Shown here: positions 6,886-15,928 of the stretch, piece after piece
How the letters are laid out: each line of letters opens with the position of its first letter
Numbering within the stretch: position 1 is the stretch's first letter
NCBI GenBank assembly: GCA_020057765.1
Contig: JAGVFE010000093.1
Span: forward strand, 1-26,429
Source: Candidatus Woesebacteria bacterium
GTDB taxonomy: Bacteria; Patescibacteriota; Microgenomatia; UBA10105; UBA927
Direction of reading: 5' to 3'
DNA: 26,429 nucleotides
Made by a program: the position numbers and the translations under genes
The notes under the pieces: model-generated
Database searches by the model: none
What the model saw: the letters and a program-made list of their open reading frames with translations, nothing else
Told to the model about the DNA's origin: nothing

Positions 6886-8058
6886 ATGCTTCGGAGCTTC
6901 AAAGGGCTTTATCACCTGATTGTTGCGATAGTTGCCAATATTTGGTTTGGTTTTCCCAGCAGGAGGCTGACCGTGGTAGGCATTACCGGTACGGACGGCA
7001 AATCGACTACGACCACGATCACCTACGAAATACTCAAAAACGCTGGCTTTAAAACTTCCATGATTACCTCCGTTCATGCAGTTATTGCCGGTAAAGCATA
7101 CGACACGGGCTTCCACGTGACGACGCCAACGGCCTGGTGGGTGCAAAAGTATCTGCGGGAGGCAGTTAATCACAGGGATACCCATTTTGTTCTGGAAGTG
7201 ACCTCTCATGCTCTCTCACAGTATCGGGTGTGGGGAGTCAAGTTTGCCGTAGGTGCCATTACCAACGTGACGCATGAACATCTTGACTGGCATGGAACAT
7301 ATGAACAGTATTTGCGCACCAAACTATTGCTGCTTGGCGCATCAAAGATAGCGGTCTTAAACCGTGATGATGCCGACGTCTATGACCAGGCCATGGCAAA
7401 ATTACGAAACAAAAAAGTCGTTACGTATGGCATCCGCCGCGATGCCATGGTGACAACTAAAACCCATCCATTTACCACGCAATTGCCAGGAATCTTTAAT
7501 CAATACAATTGTTTTGCTGCGTTGGCAATTTCCGGTGCATTGGGTGTTGATAAGAAAAAAGCAGCTCAAACAATTAAATTTTTTAAAGGAGTGCCCGGTA
7601 GGATGGAAGTGATCCAGAGAAAACCATTTGGTGTCATCGTGGATTTTGCCCACACGCCCAATGCCATAACGCAAGTCCTCAAGACCGTCCGGCCGATGAC
7701 CCAAAAGCGCCTGTTTCATGTTTTTGGCAGTGCGGGACTTCGCGACCGTACAAAACGGCCCATGATGGGCAATGCATCGGCTGAGTTTGCCGACGTGATC
7801 GTCTTGACCGAAGAAGATTATCGTACGGAAGGCGTCAATAGCATCATAGAAGAAATCGCTTCCGGCATCCCGCCAACCAAAGAGGTTTATAAATTTCCAA
7901 ATCGGCAAGTCGCTATTTCGTTTTCACTTCATACAGCCAGTCCTGGTGACCTGGTCATCATTACGGGCAAGGGCCACGAAAAAAGTTTGTGTCGGGGGAC
8001 AGCAGAGTACCCGTGGAGCGATCAAGACTGCGTCAAAAAAATCCTCAAACAATTATGA
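6886..8058 (+). CDS. murE: MurE-family ligase lacking most of the canonical N-terminal domain
   Basis: GITGTDGKSTT P-loop at about residues 32-42, LEVTSH, TNVTHEHLDWH, PGRME, VDFAHTPNA, FGSAGLRD, GKGHE. Confidence 0.88.
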   Translation: MLRSFKGLYHLIVAIVANIWFGFPSRRLTVVGITGTDGKSTTTTITYEILKNAGFKTSMITSVHAVIAGKAYDTGFHVTTPTAWWVQKYLREAVNHRDTHFVLEVTSHALSQYRVWGVKFAVGAITNVTHEHLDWHGTYEQYLRTKLLLLGASKIAVLNRDDADVYDQAMAKLRNKKVVTYGIRRDAMVTTKTHPFTTQLPGIFNQYNCFAALAISGALGVDKKKAAQTIKFFKGVPGRMEVIQRKPFGVIVDFAHTPNAITQVLKTVRPMTQKRLFHVFGSAGLRDRTKRPMMGNASAEFADVIVLTEEDYRTEGVNSIIEEIASGIPPTKEVYKFPNRQVAISFSLHTASPGDLVIITGKGHEKSLCRGTAEYPWSDQDCVKKILKQL

Positions 8059-8774
8059 TGCAAAGACACCTTGGTTTATATCAGTCGACCCTTCTGCAGA
8101 GAGTTCCGTCGCTTTTGCATGGTTTTTCAGGAAGAGCGATGGGCAACATGAAAAAGGATTTGGCGGCACGGAAACGTTTTTTTGATGCTGTTGGCATTGA
8201 TGGGGATGTTACGATATCAGAACAAATTCATGGAGCCGTTGTGTCGTTTGTTGACGGGGCAAAAGAGTCGCCTATAGTGGGATCAGATGGTCTAGTGGTG
8301 AATAAAGCAGGAAGAGCTCTTGGAGTTTTTACTGCAGATTGCGTACCGATACTTTGTGTCGATCCAACGTCACGGACCATTGCGGTAGCACACGCTGGAT
8401 GGCGCGGAACATACGGCAAAATTGCGCAACACGCCGTCGAATCTATGAAGTCTGGAGGAGCTCAAGTTGCCAATATTCTTATCTGGGTTGGACCACACAT
8501 AGGTATGTGTTGCTACTGGGTTGACCAAGATCGAGCAAAACGATTCGTCGATGGTTTTGGCAAGGATCCGCAAATGGCATCATTTTTTGAAAATTCCTGG
8601 CATTTGGATCTTGGATATGTCAATTATCGCCAACTTATTGAATCAGGGATTAAATCAGAAAACATCGACGTTGCGATCACCTGTACCTCATGTCAGCATG
8701 ACGAATTTTTTTCGTATCGGAAAGACTCAAAAGAAACTTTTGGAGAAATGATGGGGGTGATTGAATGGATATAA
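8055..8774 (+). CDS. pgeF: Peptidoglycan editing factor PgeF / YfiH family
   Basis: HGFS, EQIHG, TADCVP, HAGWRG, CTSC, FFSYR. ATGA overlap with murE. Confidence 0.9.
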   Translation: MMQRHLGLYQSTLLQRVPSLLHGFSGRAMGNMKKDLAARKRFFDAVGIDGDVTISEQIHGAVVSFVDGAKESPIVGSDGLVVNKAGRALGVFTADCVPILCVDPTSRTIAVAHAGWRGTYGKIAQHAVESMKSGGAQVANILIWVGPHIGMCCYWVDQDRAKRFVDGFGKDPQMASFFENSWHLDLGYVNYRQLIESGIKSENIDVAITCTSCQHDEFFSYRKDSKETFGEMMGVIEWI

Positions 8775-10174
8775 ATCTTTCGAAGGTAAAAAAAATACAT
8801 TTCGTGGGAATCAAGGGGATTGCCATGGCCTCGTTGGCGGTTTATGCCAAAGAACGGGGATTTGCGGTGAGCGGGACGGATACCGCGGAAAAGTTTCCTT
8901 CTGATGACGTGCTTGCACAAAAAAAGATTATCTCCATGATAGGATTTGATCCGGCACATATTTCCAAAACCTCGCCAGACCTGGTCATCTATACCGGTGC
9001 GCACGGTGGGCGGGACAATGGAGAAGTTCAAGAGGCAATTAAAAAAGGAATTCCGGTGTTGCCCCATGGTAAGGCACTTGGGTTGTTCATGACGAGCAAA
9101 CGCCAGATTTCTGTGGCCGGCAGTCACGGCAAGACGTCGACGACCGCTATGATTGCCACAATTTTGGCGCACGCCGGGTACGATCCATCATATGCCATCG
9201 GTTGTGGACAAATTGCGGGACTTGGGTTGCCCGGTCATTATGGTCATGGAGATTGGTTTATTGCTGAGGCAGATGAATACGTCACTGACCCAGGCCATGA
9301 TGCAACTCCTCGTTTTCTTTGGCAGACTCCGGAAATTCTCGTTGTCACTAACATTGACTATGATCATCCGGACGTGTATGGTTCGCTTAATGATGTTGTT
9401 GCCGCGTTTGTTCGTCTCCGTGATAAAGTGACGAGCCGCGGTGAAGTTATTCTTTCTTCTGATGATCCTGCTTGCCGGCCACTCATACGGCGGGAAAATT
9501 CTGTGGCCTTAGTGGGATTTAATGGAGCAGATTACGAGGTGAAAAATGTCCATTTTAGCCAAGGGCGGACGTTTTTTGAACTGGAAATGCCGTCAGTTGC
9601 AATCGGTGAGTTTATTTTGCAGGTTCCCGGCAGACACAATGCGCTCAATGCCGCCATGGCTGCAGTGGCGGCATACGGTGCCGGTCTATCGTGGCAGGAG
9701 GTCCGAGATGGTTTGTTTACATTCAGTGGAGCCAAGCGTCGTTTTGAAAAAATTGGTGCTGTGGGCACAAGTATTTTTTATGATGATTACGCCCATCACC
9801 CATCCGAGATTTCCGCCACACTTGACGCTGCGCGTGCGTGGTATCCCAAGCGGAGAATCATTGCGGTGTTTCAGCCGCACACGTATTCGCGGACGAAAGC
9901 TTTGCTTGATGAATTTTCCGGCGCGTTTGTTGACGCCGACATGGTTTTAGCAACAGATATTTACGCATCAGCGCGCGAGCAGGATACCTTTGGAGTTTCC
10001 GGCGTCATGTTGGCTGAACGGATTGCTAACCGTCATCCAAACGCATTTTTTGCCAAGGACAAGGAGGGCGTCAAAAAACTTCTGTCCGCCAAAACGCAAG
10101 ACGGAGACGTGGTTATTTTTATGGGAGCGGGTGATATTGGGAATTGGGGAAGAGAGATTGTTGACCAAATATGA
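8765..10174 (+). CDS. murC: UDP-N-acetylmuramate--L-alanine ligase
   Basis: HFVGIKGIAM, GSHGKTSTT, EADE, DDYAHHPSEI, FQPHTYSR, MGAGDI. Confidence 0.95.
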   Translation: MDINLSKVKKIHFVGIKGIAMASLAVYAKERGFAVSGTDTAEKFPSDDVLAQKKIISMIGFDPAHISKTSPDLVIYTGAHGGRDNGEVQEAIKKGIPVLPHGKALGLFMTSKRQISVAGSHGKTSTTAMIATILAHAGYDPSYAIGCGQIAGLGLPGHYGHGDWFIAEADEYVTDPGHDATPRFLWQTPEILVVTNIDYDHPDVYGSLNDVVAAFVRLRDKVTSRGEVILSSDDPACRPLIRRENSVALVGFNGADYEVKNVHFSQGRTFFELEMPSVAIGEFILQVPGRHNALNAAMAAVAAYGAGLSWQEVRDGLFTFSGAKRRFEKIGAVGTSIFYDDYAHHPSEISATLDAARAWYPKRRIIAVFQPHTYSRTKALLDEFSGAFVDADMVLATDIYASAREQDTFGVSGVMLAERIANRHPNAFFAKDKEGVKKLLSAKTQDGDVVIFMGAGDIGNWGREIVDQI

Positions 10175-11151
10175 ATACTAAAATACAGGAACTGAAGAAA
10201 ATATTAGGAGAACGGGCGAAAGAAAATGAATTGCTCGCTCGATACACCACGTTTAAAGTGGGTGGTCCGGCAGACCTTTTCTATGATGCAAAAACCGCTG
10301 ATGAATTAACCCAAGCCGTGATTTCCGCGCGAAGGCTTAGTGTTCCAATTTTTATATTGGGTGGAGGCTCCAACATACTCATCGGAGACAGGGGGATGCG
10401 GGGACTGGTTGTCAAAAACAGCACCAACGCCATCGTCATGCGCGGGGCTAAGGGCAGCTATAAAAGCGGTCAGTCAACCGGAAAAGTGTTCGTGGAAGCA
10501 GAAAGCGGAGTTCTTATCAATAAATTAGTCCGCGACACGATTGAGGAGGGACTCGGTGGGCTAGAAATGCACTTGGGTTTACCCGGCACCGTCGGTGGGG
10601 CTATGTTTATGAACTCCAAGTGGACCAAGTCCGAGTCGTATGTGGGCGATGTCGTCTACCAAGCAACCATACTGACTCCTACCGGTGATATGCAGACCGT
10701 TTCGCGTGACTACTTTCATTTTGGATACGATCAAAGTGCAATTCAAATAACCGGAGATCTTGTTCTGAAAATAATTTTCGCCTTGACGCCGACTTCCAAA
10801 GAGACATTATGGGAAATAGCTAATCAGAGCGTCGCCTATCGACGAGAAAGTCAGCCGCAGGGCGTGATATCTGCCGGGTGCACATTCCGCAATATATCCA
10901 AAGCAGAGGCGCTATCCGTTCCAACTCCTAATCACACGACATCAGCCGGTTTTTTGGTTGATCATGCAGGGCTTAAAGGCGCAATTGTTGGTGGCGCACA
11001 AATATCGCCAATACACGCTAACTTCATCATCAACCAAAATCATGCCACGGCTGCTGATGTAGTACAATTGATTGAACGAGCCCGCGCCAAAGTACTTGAA
11101 AAATTCGGCGTAACACTGGCTGAAGAAGTAGTTAGGGTAGGAGAATTTTAA
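10171..11151 (+). CDS. murB: UDP-N-acetylenolpyruvoylglucosamine reductase
   Basis: YTTFKVGG, LGGGSN, GLPGTVGGA.FMN, SAGCTFRN, HANFI. Confidence 0.96.
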   Translation: MNTKIQELKKILGERAKENELLARYTTFKVGGPADLFYDAKTADELTQAVISARRLSVPIFILGGGSNILIGDRGMRGLVVKNSTNAIVMRGAKGSYKSGQSTGKVFVEAESGVLINKLVRDTIEEGLGGLEMHLGLPGTVGGAMFMNSKWTKSESYVGDVVYQATILTPTGDMQTVSRDYFHFGYDQSAIQITGDLVLKIIFALTPTSKETLWEIANQSVAYRRESQPQGVISAGCTFRNISKAEALSVPTPNHTTSAGFLVDHAGLKGAIVGGAQISPIHANFIINQNHATAADVVQLIERARAKVLEKFGVTLAEEVVRVGEF

Positions 11152-12485
11152 TGGAAAAATTCATTATTAATGGAGGTATTCCGCTACATGGAACCGTGGC
11201 TGTCGGCGGGGCCAAAAACGTGGCGCTCAAAACGTTTGTTGCAGCGCTTCTGACCGATGAGCCCGTCGTCATCCACAACGTACCGCTGATTCGAGATGTC
11301 ACGTACATGATGGATGTGTTGCGCAGCCTAGGGGCGACTATTGAAATTTCCGATCACACAGTGAGGATACAAAATAGCACGTCCGTCACAACTACGGTAC
11401 CCCTGGAGGTAGGCGCTCGACTTCGCACGTCTTCTATGGTCATTGGTCCGCTCCTTGCACGATATGGTGAGGCAAACATTCCCAATCCCGGCGGCTGCCG
11501 TATCGGTGCGCGCCCCATTGATCGGCATATCGAGGGACTCAAAGAGATGGGTGCAGAGATTATATACAATCACGACGACGGATATTTTCATGCAACATCA
11601 TCCGGTCTTCATGGAACAACGTATCGTTTTCCAAAAAACACCCATACCGGCACGGAAACATTGCTCTTGGCTGCCGTCCTTGCCCAGGGGGAAACAATTC
11701 TTGAAAATGCAGCCGAAGAAATAGAAATCGATGATCTCATCAAACTCTTGCAGTCTATGGGTGCAGATATCGCGCGGATTTCTGCTCGGACCATCAAGAT
11801 TCATGGTGTCAAAAAGCTCCATGGAACAGAATTTACTATCATGCCGGATCGGAATGTGGAAGTAACGTTTGCTCTGGCTGCCGCAATCACCGCAGGAAAG
11901 ATTACGGTTCAAAACTCGCAAAGACACAACATCCGGTCATTCCTTAGCGCGTTGGGTTCTGCCGGGGGTGTCACGGGAGAAGTGGATGAGCACACAACCA
12001 CGTATTCGGGCAACGGGAACTATAAGCTGACATCCATCGTTACCGCGCCTGACCCAGGATTTATGACTGACTGGCAGGCGCCGTGGGCAGTCTTTATGAC
12101 GCAAGCCAGCGGAAGATCCGCCATTCACGAAACGGTGTTTGAGAGTCGTTTTTCCTATGTTTCGGAACTGAAAAAGATGGGCGCAGAGATAGAATTTTTC
12201 GATCCGCCGGTCGAAGATCCAGAAGCGTTTTATAATTTTAACTGGAACGATCATCCGGACGGCTATCACCAGGGGATTAAGATACTAGGACCGACCATTC
12301 TTCATAACGCGATTTTGGAAATTGACGATCTGCGGGCAGGCGCAACGCTCGTTTTGGCAGCACTTGCGGCTAAAGGTGAAAGCTATGTTCACGGAGTAGA
12401 AATTTTAGACCGGGGCTATGAAAATTTTGAAAAAAGTCTCAAAAATCTCGGAGCAAACATTGAGCGAGTAAAGGAGGAAGTATGA
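11151..12485 (+). CDS. murA: UDP-N-acetylglucosamine 1-carboxyvinyltransferase
   Basis: GAKN, PGGCRIGARPIDRH (active-site Cys retained), PGFMTDWQ, ETVFESRF, DLRAGA, RGYE. Confidence 0.96.
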   Translation: MEKFIINGGIPLHGTVAVGGAKNVALKTFVAALLTDEPVVIHNVPLIRDVTYMMDVLRSLGATIEISDHTVRIQNSTSVTTTVPLEVGARLRTSSMVIGPLLARYGEANIPNPGGCRIGARPIDRHIEGLKEMGAEIIYNHDDGYFHATSSGLHGTTYRFPKNTHTGTETLLLAAVLAQGETILENAAEEIEIDDLIKLLQSMGADIARISARTIKIHGVKKLHGTEFTIMPDRNVEVTFALAAAITAGKITVQNSQRHNIRSFLSALGSAGGVTGEVDEHTTTYSGNGNYKLTSIVTAPDPGFMTDWQAPWAVFMTQASGRSAIHETVFESRFSYVSELKKMGAEIEFFDPPVEDPEAFYNFNWNDHPDGYHQGIKILGPTILHNAILEIDDLRAGATLVLAALAAKGESYVHGVEILDRGYENFEKSLKNLGANIERVKEEV

Positions 12486-13747
12486 AGAATGGTTTTTCAG
12501 TCGTATTACTTGCTGCAGGAATGTCTTCCCGTTTCTGGCCATTGTACGAGAAGTTTGCATTGCCGATGTTTGGTAAGCCGCTTATTTTGCATGAAATTGA
12601 TCACATACAACGCTTACGGCCCAAGGGCATCGTAGTTGTTGCAAATGAATCTAATGTATCAATGCTTCGGTCGATACTTGGTAAACAGTACAAGCTTGTT
12701 GATTTAGTGGTGCAAAAAGGTGAAGGACAGGGAGCCGCTCTTGTTGCGGCTGCTGAAAAAATATACGGTCCAACGCTGATAGTAAATAGTTCTGATGTTT
12801 ATTCATTCGAACTTCTTGATCAACTTGTTGCCAAATGGCAAAAGCAGCGTGGCATGTTGATTACTGCACGAAAAGTCACTCATTATTATCCAGGTGGATA
12901 TCTCAAACTTCACGAAAACGGTAGTGTCGAGCGTATTATCGAAAAGCCAGATCCTGCCGATGTGCCAAGCGATTTGGTTCGCGTCGTAGCGGAGATGGCG
13001 CCTTCATTACAAGAACTTGCAGATGCGTATTTACCGGATGATGACCCAAAAGAAGGTGAAGTTGCTATTCTTAATCGACTCATCTCGAAAGGACATACGT
13101 GTGACACATTTGTGACCAATGAATTTTGGACCCCAATAAAATACCCATGGCACCTTCTTGATGTCCTTGAGTACTTTTTGGGAATTCTGACACCGCAACG
13201 CGGTAAAAATTTAGTACTTGCCGATAATGTGCATATTTCAGGGACAGTCTATTTGGGCGATAATGTGAAGATTTTTGAAAACACCAAGATCACGGGTCCG
13301 TGCTACATCGGCAATAACACGATTATCGGAAACAACAATATCATTCGCGCCAGTCATATCGGGGCCAACTGTGTGACGGGGTTTAATACCGATATAACAC
13401 GAAGTTACATCGGCGATAATTGTTGGTTTCACAGTAACTACATAGGCGATTCGGTGCTTGAGGGGAATGTCAGCTTAGGATCGGGAACGGTATTAGCTAA
13501 TTTTAGGTTTGATGAAGGGGAAATATATTCGACTGTTAAAGAAGAGCGAGTGAATACTAAGCGAACGAAGCTTGGCGCAATAATCGGAAAAAACGTGCGC
13601 GTTGGTGTCAATACGAGTATCATGCCCGGAATAAAAATCGGCACGAACAGCCTCATCAGTGCTGGGATAGTCGTTGATTGTGATATTGCCGAAAATACAT
13701 TTTGTTACGGCAAAACGGAACTCGTTTTGAAAAAAAATGAGCGATAA
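12482..13747 (+). CDS. Bifunctional sugar-1-phosphate nucleotidylyltransferase/acetyltransferase (archaeal-type GlmU-like)
   Basis: LAAGMSSRFWPL..KF.LPMFGKP NTP-transferase motif, IIEKP, and a C-terminal hexapeptide left-handed beta-helix (YIGDSVL, KLGAIIG). SD AAGGAGG at 12471-12477. Confidence 0.85.
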   Translation: MKNGFSVVLLAAGMSSRFWPLYEKFALPMFGKPLILHEIDHIQRLRPKGIVVVANESNVSMLRSILGKQYKLVDLVVQKGEGQGAALVAAAEKIYGPTLIVNSSDVYSFELLDQLVAKWQKQRGMLITARKVTHYYPGGYLKLHENGSVERIIEKPDPADVPSDLVRVVAEMAPSLQELADAYLPDDDPKEGEVAILNRLISKGHTCDTFVTNEFWTPIKYPWHLLDVLEYFLGILTPQRGKNLVLADNVHISGTVYLGDNVKIFENTKITGPCYIGNNTIIGNNNIIRASHIGANCVTGFNTDITRSYIGDNCWFHSNYIGDSVLEGNVSLGSGTVLANFRFDEGEIYSTVKEERVNTKRTKLGAIIGKNVRVGVNTSIMPGIKIGTNSLISAGIVVDCDIAENTFCYGKTELVLKKNER

Positions 13748-14468
13748 AACGAAACCGCCAATTGTCGTGCTTCACGGATGGGGACTGACCGGCGACACAT
13801 TTTCTCCTTTAGTTGAGGCTTTGCGAGGGCTTGGGTATCAGGCCGAGTCACTGGATTTTCCCGGCTTTGGAGCTGCTCAGCTTCCTGAAAAATCTTGGGG
13901 ATTGAAAGAATACGCAGAGTTTCTGGATAAATGGCTCCAAAAACGAAACCTCAAAAATCCTTTGTTGTTTGGCCATTCGTTCGGCGGACGGGTAGCGCTC
14001 AAATTTGAGCAACTTTATCCCGGCAGAGTCACGGCTCTTGTTTTGAGTGGAACACCAGGCTATACGCCGGCGTCTTTGTGGAGAATGATATTTGGGTTTG
14101 TATTTAGCAAGCTTGGAGGTGCGTTATTTTCTCTTCCGTTATTAAATCTTATAGAAGATCCTACCCGTTTGTTTTGGTACCGGCTCATCGGCGCAAAAGA
14201 TTTTTTGCGCCCACAAAAAGTCATGCGTGACACGTTTAAAAAAATTGTAACGGAAAATCTGGTTGCTCCGATGCGTTCAGTTCGTTGTTCATGTCTTCTT
14301 GTGTGGGGTGAGGACGATCGTATGGTCTCCGTCGGTATTGCCCGTCGGATGGAACGAACGATACCAGGCGCAAAACTTATCGTGATTGCCGATGCACGAC
14401 ATGGCGTGCCATTCAAAAAAGCAAACGAGGTTGCGGCAATCGTGAATGAGTTTGTCAGGTCAATATGA
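13737..14468 (+). CDS. Alpha/beta hydrolase
   Basis: LHGWG oxyanion motif, DFPGFG, GHSFGG nucleophile elbow, WGEDD acid and ARHG His. Confidence 0.92.
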   Translation: MSDKTKPPIVVLHGWGLTGDTFSPLVEALRGLGYQAESLDFPGFGAAQLPEKSWGLKEYAEFLDKWLQKRNLKNPLLFGHSFGGRVALKFEQLYPGRVTALVLSGTPGYTPASLWRMIFGFVFSKLGGALFSLPLLNLIEDPTRLFWYRLIGAKDFLRPQKVMRDTFKKIVTENLVAPMRSVRCSCLLVWGEDDRMVSVGIARRMERTIPGAKLIVIADARHGVPFKKANEVAAIVNEFVRSI

Positions 14469-15928
14469 ATATCATTCTTCTTTTGATTTCCGTTCCCTGG
14501 ACAATCCGTTTGGTTGGCAATCTTCTTTCCTACGTGCACCTCTGGTATGTCAAAGAGTACCGCTGGGATCGGATGTGGATTCACCTTCACACCAAGCAAG
14601 GTAGACTCATTTTGTTCCCCGCCCGACGAATACCACCACTTTCGCCCAAGGCGGTCGTTCTATTTTTTTCAACATTTCTTGCATGCGGCGCTCTTTTTTT
14701 TCTTCTCCCCGTTCATCCGCTCCTTGCGTTGTTTGTTTTAGATATTGCGCTTTTTCCGATTACGGCACTCCTTGTCCTTCTCATGAAACTTCCGACGACA
14801 CTTTATCATGAGTATAAAATTGCACAAGCGCTTGCCAAGTTTGGTGCACAGTCAAAAATGACGGTGATCGGCATCACCGGTAGTTTTGGCAAAACGTCGA
14901 CCAAGGAAAACCTGGCGACTATTTTGGGTTCGAAATATAAAGTTCTTAAAACTGAAGCAAGCAAAAATTCACCGATTGGCATAGCCGAGACCTTACTCGA
15001 AAAACCTACGTCTACTTACGATGTGTTTGTAGTGGAGATGGGGGCTTATAAAAAGGGCGAGATTGCAAGGATGTCTCAAATGGTCAAACCGAAGATAGGC
15101 ATTATCACTGCTATAAACACCCAACATCAGGATCTTTTTGGCACGATCGAAACCACAATGAAGGCAAAGTATGAGCTTATTAGCGGTTTAGTGGGTAAGC
15201 GGATTGCGATTTTTAATGCGGACAACAAATATACGCGGCAGATGGCACAATGGGCAGTTAAAGATGGCTGTCGTGTGTGGCTCTACGCAAAAGAAAATTA
15301 TAAACTGCTAAATGCAGAAAAGATTTTTCGTGCAGAAAACATAGTATCTGATCTTGCCCATGTGGCGTTTGACGTATGTGTGGAAAAAAGTCGAGTGCAT
15401 GTGTCTGTAAATGTTCTGGGAGAACATCAAGTGAGTAATATACTTGCTGCAATAGCAGGTGCGGTAGCCGGAGGAATGACTCTCAATGATGCAGTTAAAG
15501 CTGCAGGAAGTATTCGTCACAATCCCAAAACTTTAGAGTTGATTCCGGGAATCAACGGGTCAATCTATATCAATGATACGTTCAACAATAATCCTGATGC
15601 GGCCAAGGCAGCGCTTGCAGTACTTGCAAAGGCGAGCGGCCGAAAGATTCTCGTATTTCAGCCGATGATTGAGCTTGGATCATATGCTCGAGCAAGTCAC
15701 AATGAGGTTGGTAGAGAAGCGGGAAGAGTTTGTGATGACATCATTCTGACGAATGGCAATTTTGCTGATGACTTTATTGCCGGCGTGCACTCGTCAAGTC
15801 CAGAGAAAAATGTTGTAATTTTGTCTCCGATTGAGACGGCAAAATTTATCCGCGGCACGGGCAAAAAAGACGACGCGGTACTTTTTAAAGGAAAAGAAGC
15901 AGAGTTTGCCTTTCGGCTTCTCATATGA
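14465..15928 (+). CDS. murF: MurF-like ligase with an N-terminal membrane domain
   Basis: About 110 hydrophobic N-terminal residues (about 3 TM), then GITGSFGKTSTKE, VVEMGAYKKGEI, INDTFNNNP, MIELG. Confidence 0.8.
   Translation: MNIILLLISVPWTIRLVGNLLSYVHLWYVKEYRWDRMWIHLHTKQGRLILFPARRIPPLSPKAVVLFFSTFLACGALFFLLPVHPLLALFVLDIALFPITALLVLLMKLPTTLYHEYKIAQALAKFGAQSKMTVIGITGSFGKTSTKENLATILGSKYKVLKTEASKNSPIGIAETLLEKPTSTYDVFVVEMGAYKKGEIARMSQMVKPKIGIITAINTQHQDLFGTIETTMKAKYELISGLVGKRIAIFNADNKYTRQMAQWAVKDGCRVWLYAKENYKLLNAEKIFRAENIVSDLAHVAFDVCVEKSRVHVSVNVLGEHQVSNILAAIAGAVAGGMTLNDAVKAAGSIRHNPKTLELIPGINGSIYINDTFNNNPDAAKAALAVLAKASGRKILVFQPMIELGSYARASHNEVGREAGRVCDDIILTNGNFADDFIAGVHSSSPEKNVVILSPIETAKFIRGTGKKDDAVLFKGKEAEFAFRLLI

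Noticed and set aside
11487-11507. Fosfomycin-resistant MurA variant
   Set aside because: The active-site Cys is retained (PGGCRIG).
15295-15315. Second heptamer-like run in murF (AAATTAT AAACTGC TAAATGC)
   Set aside because: Too degenerate to distinguish from chance in AT-rich coding sequence.
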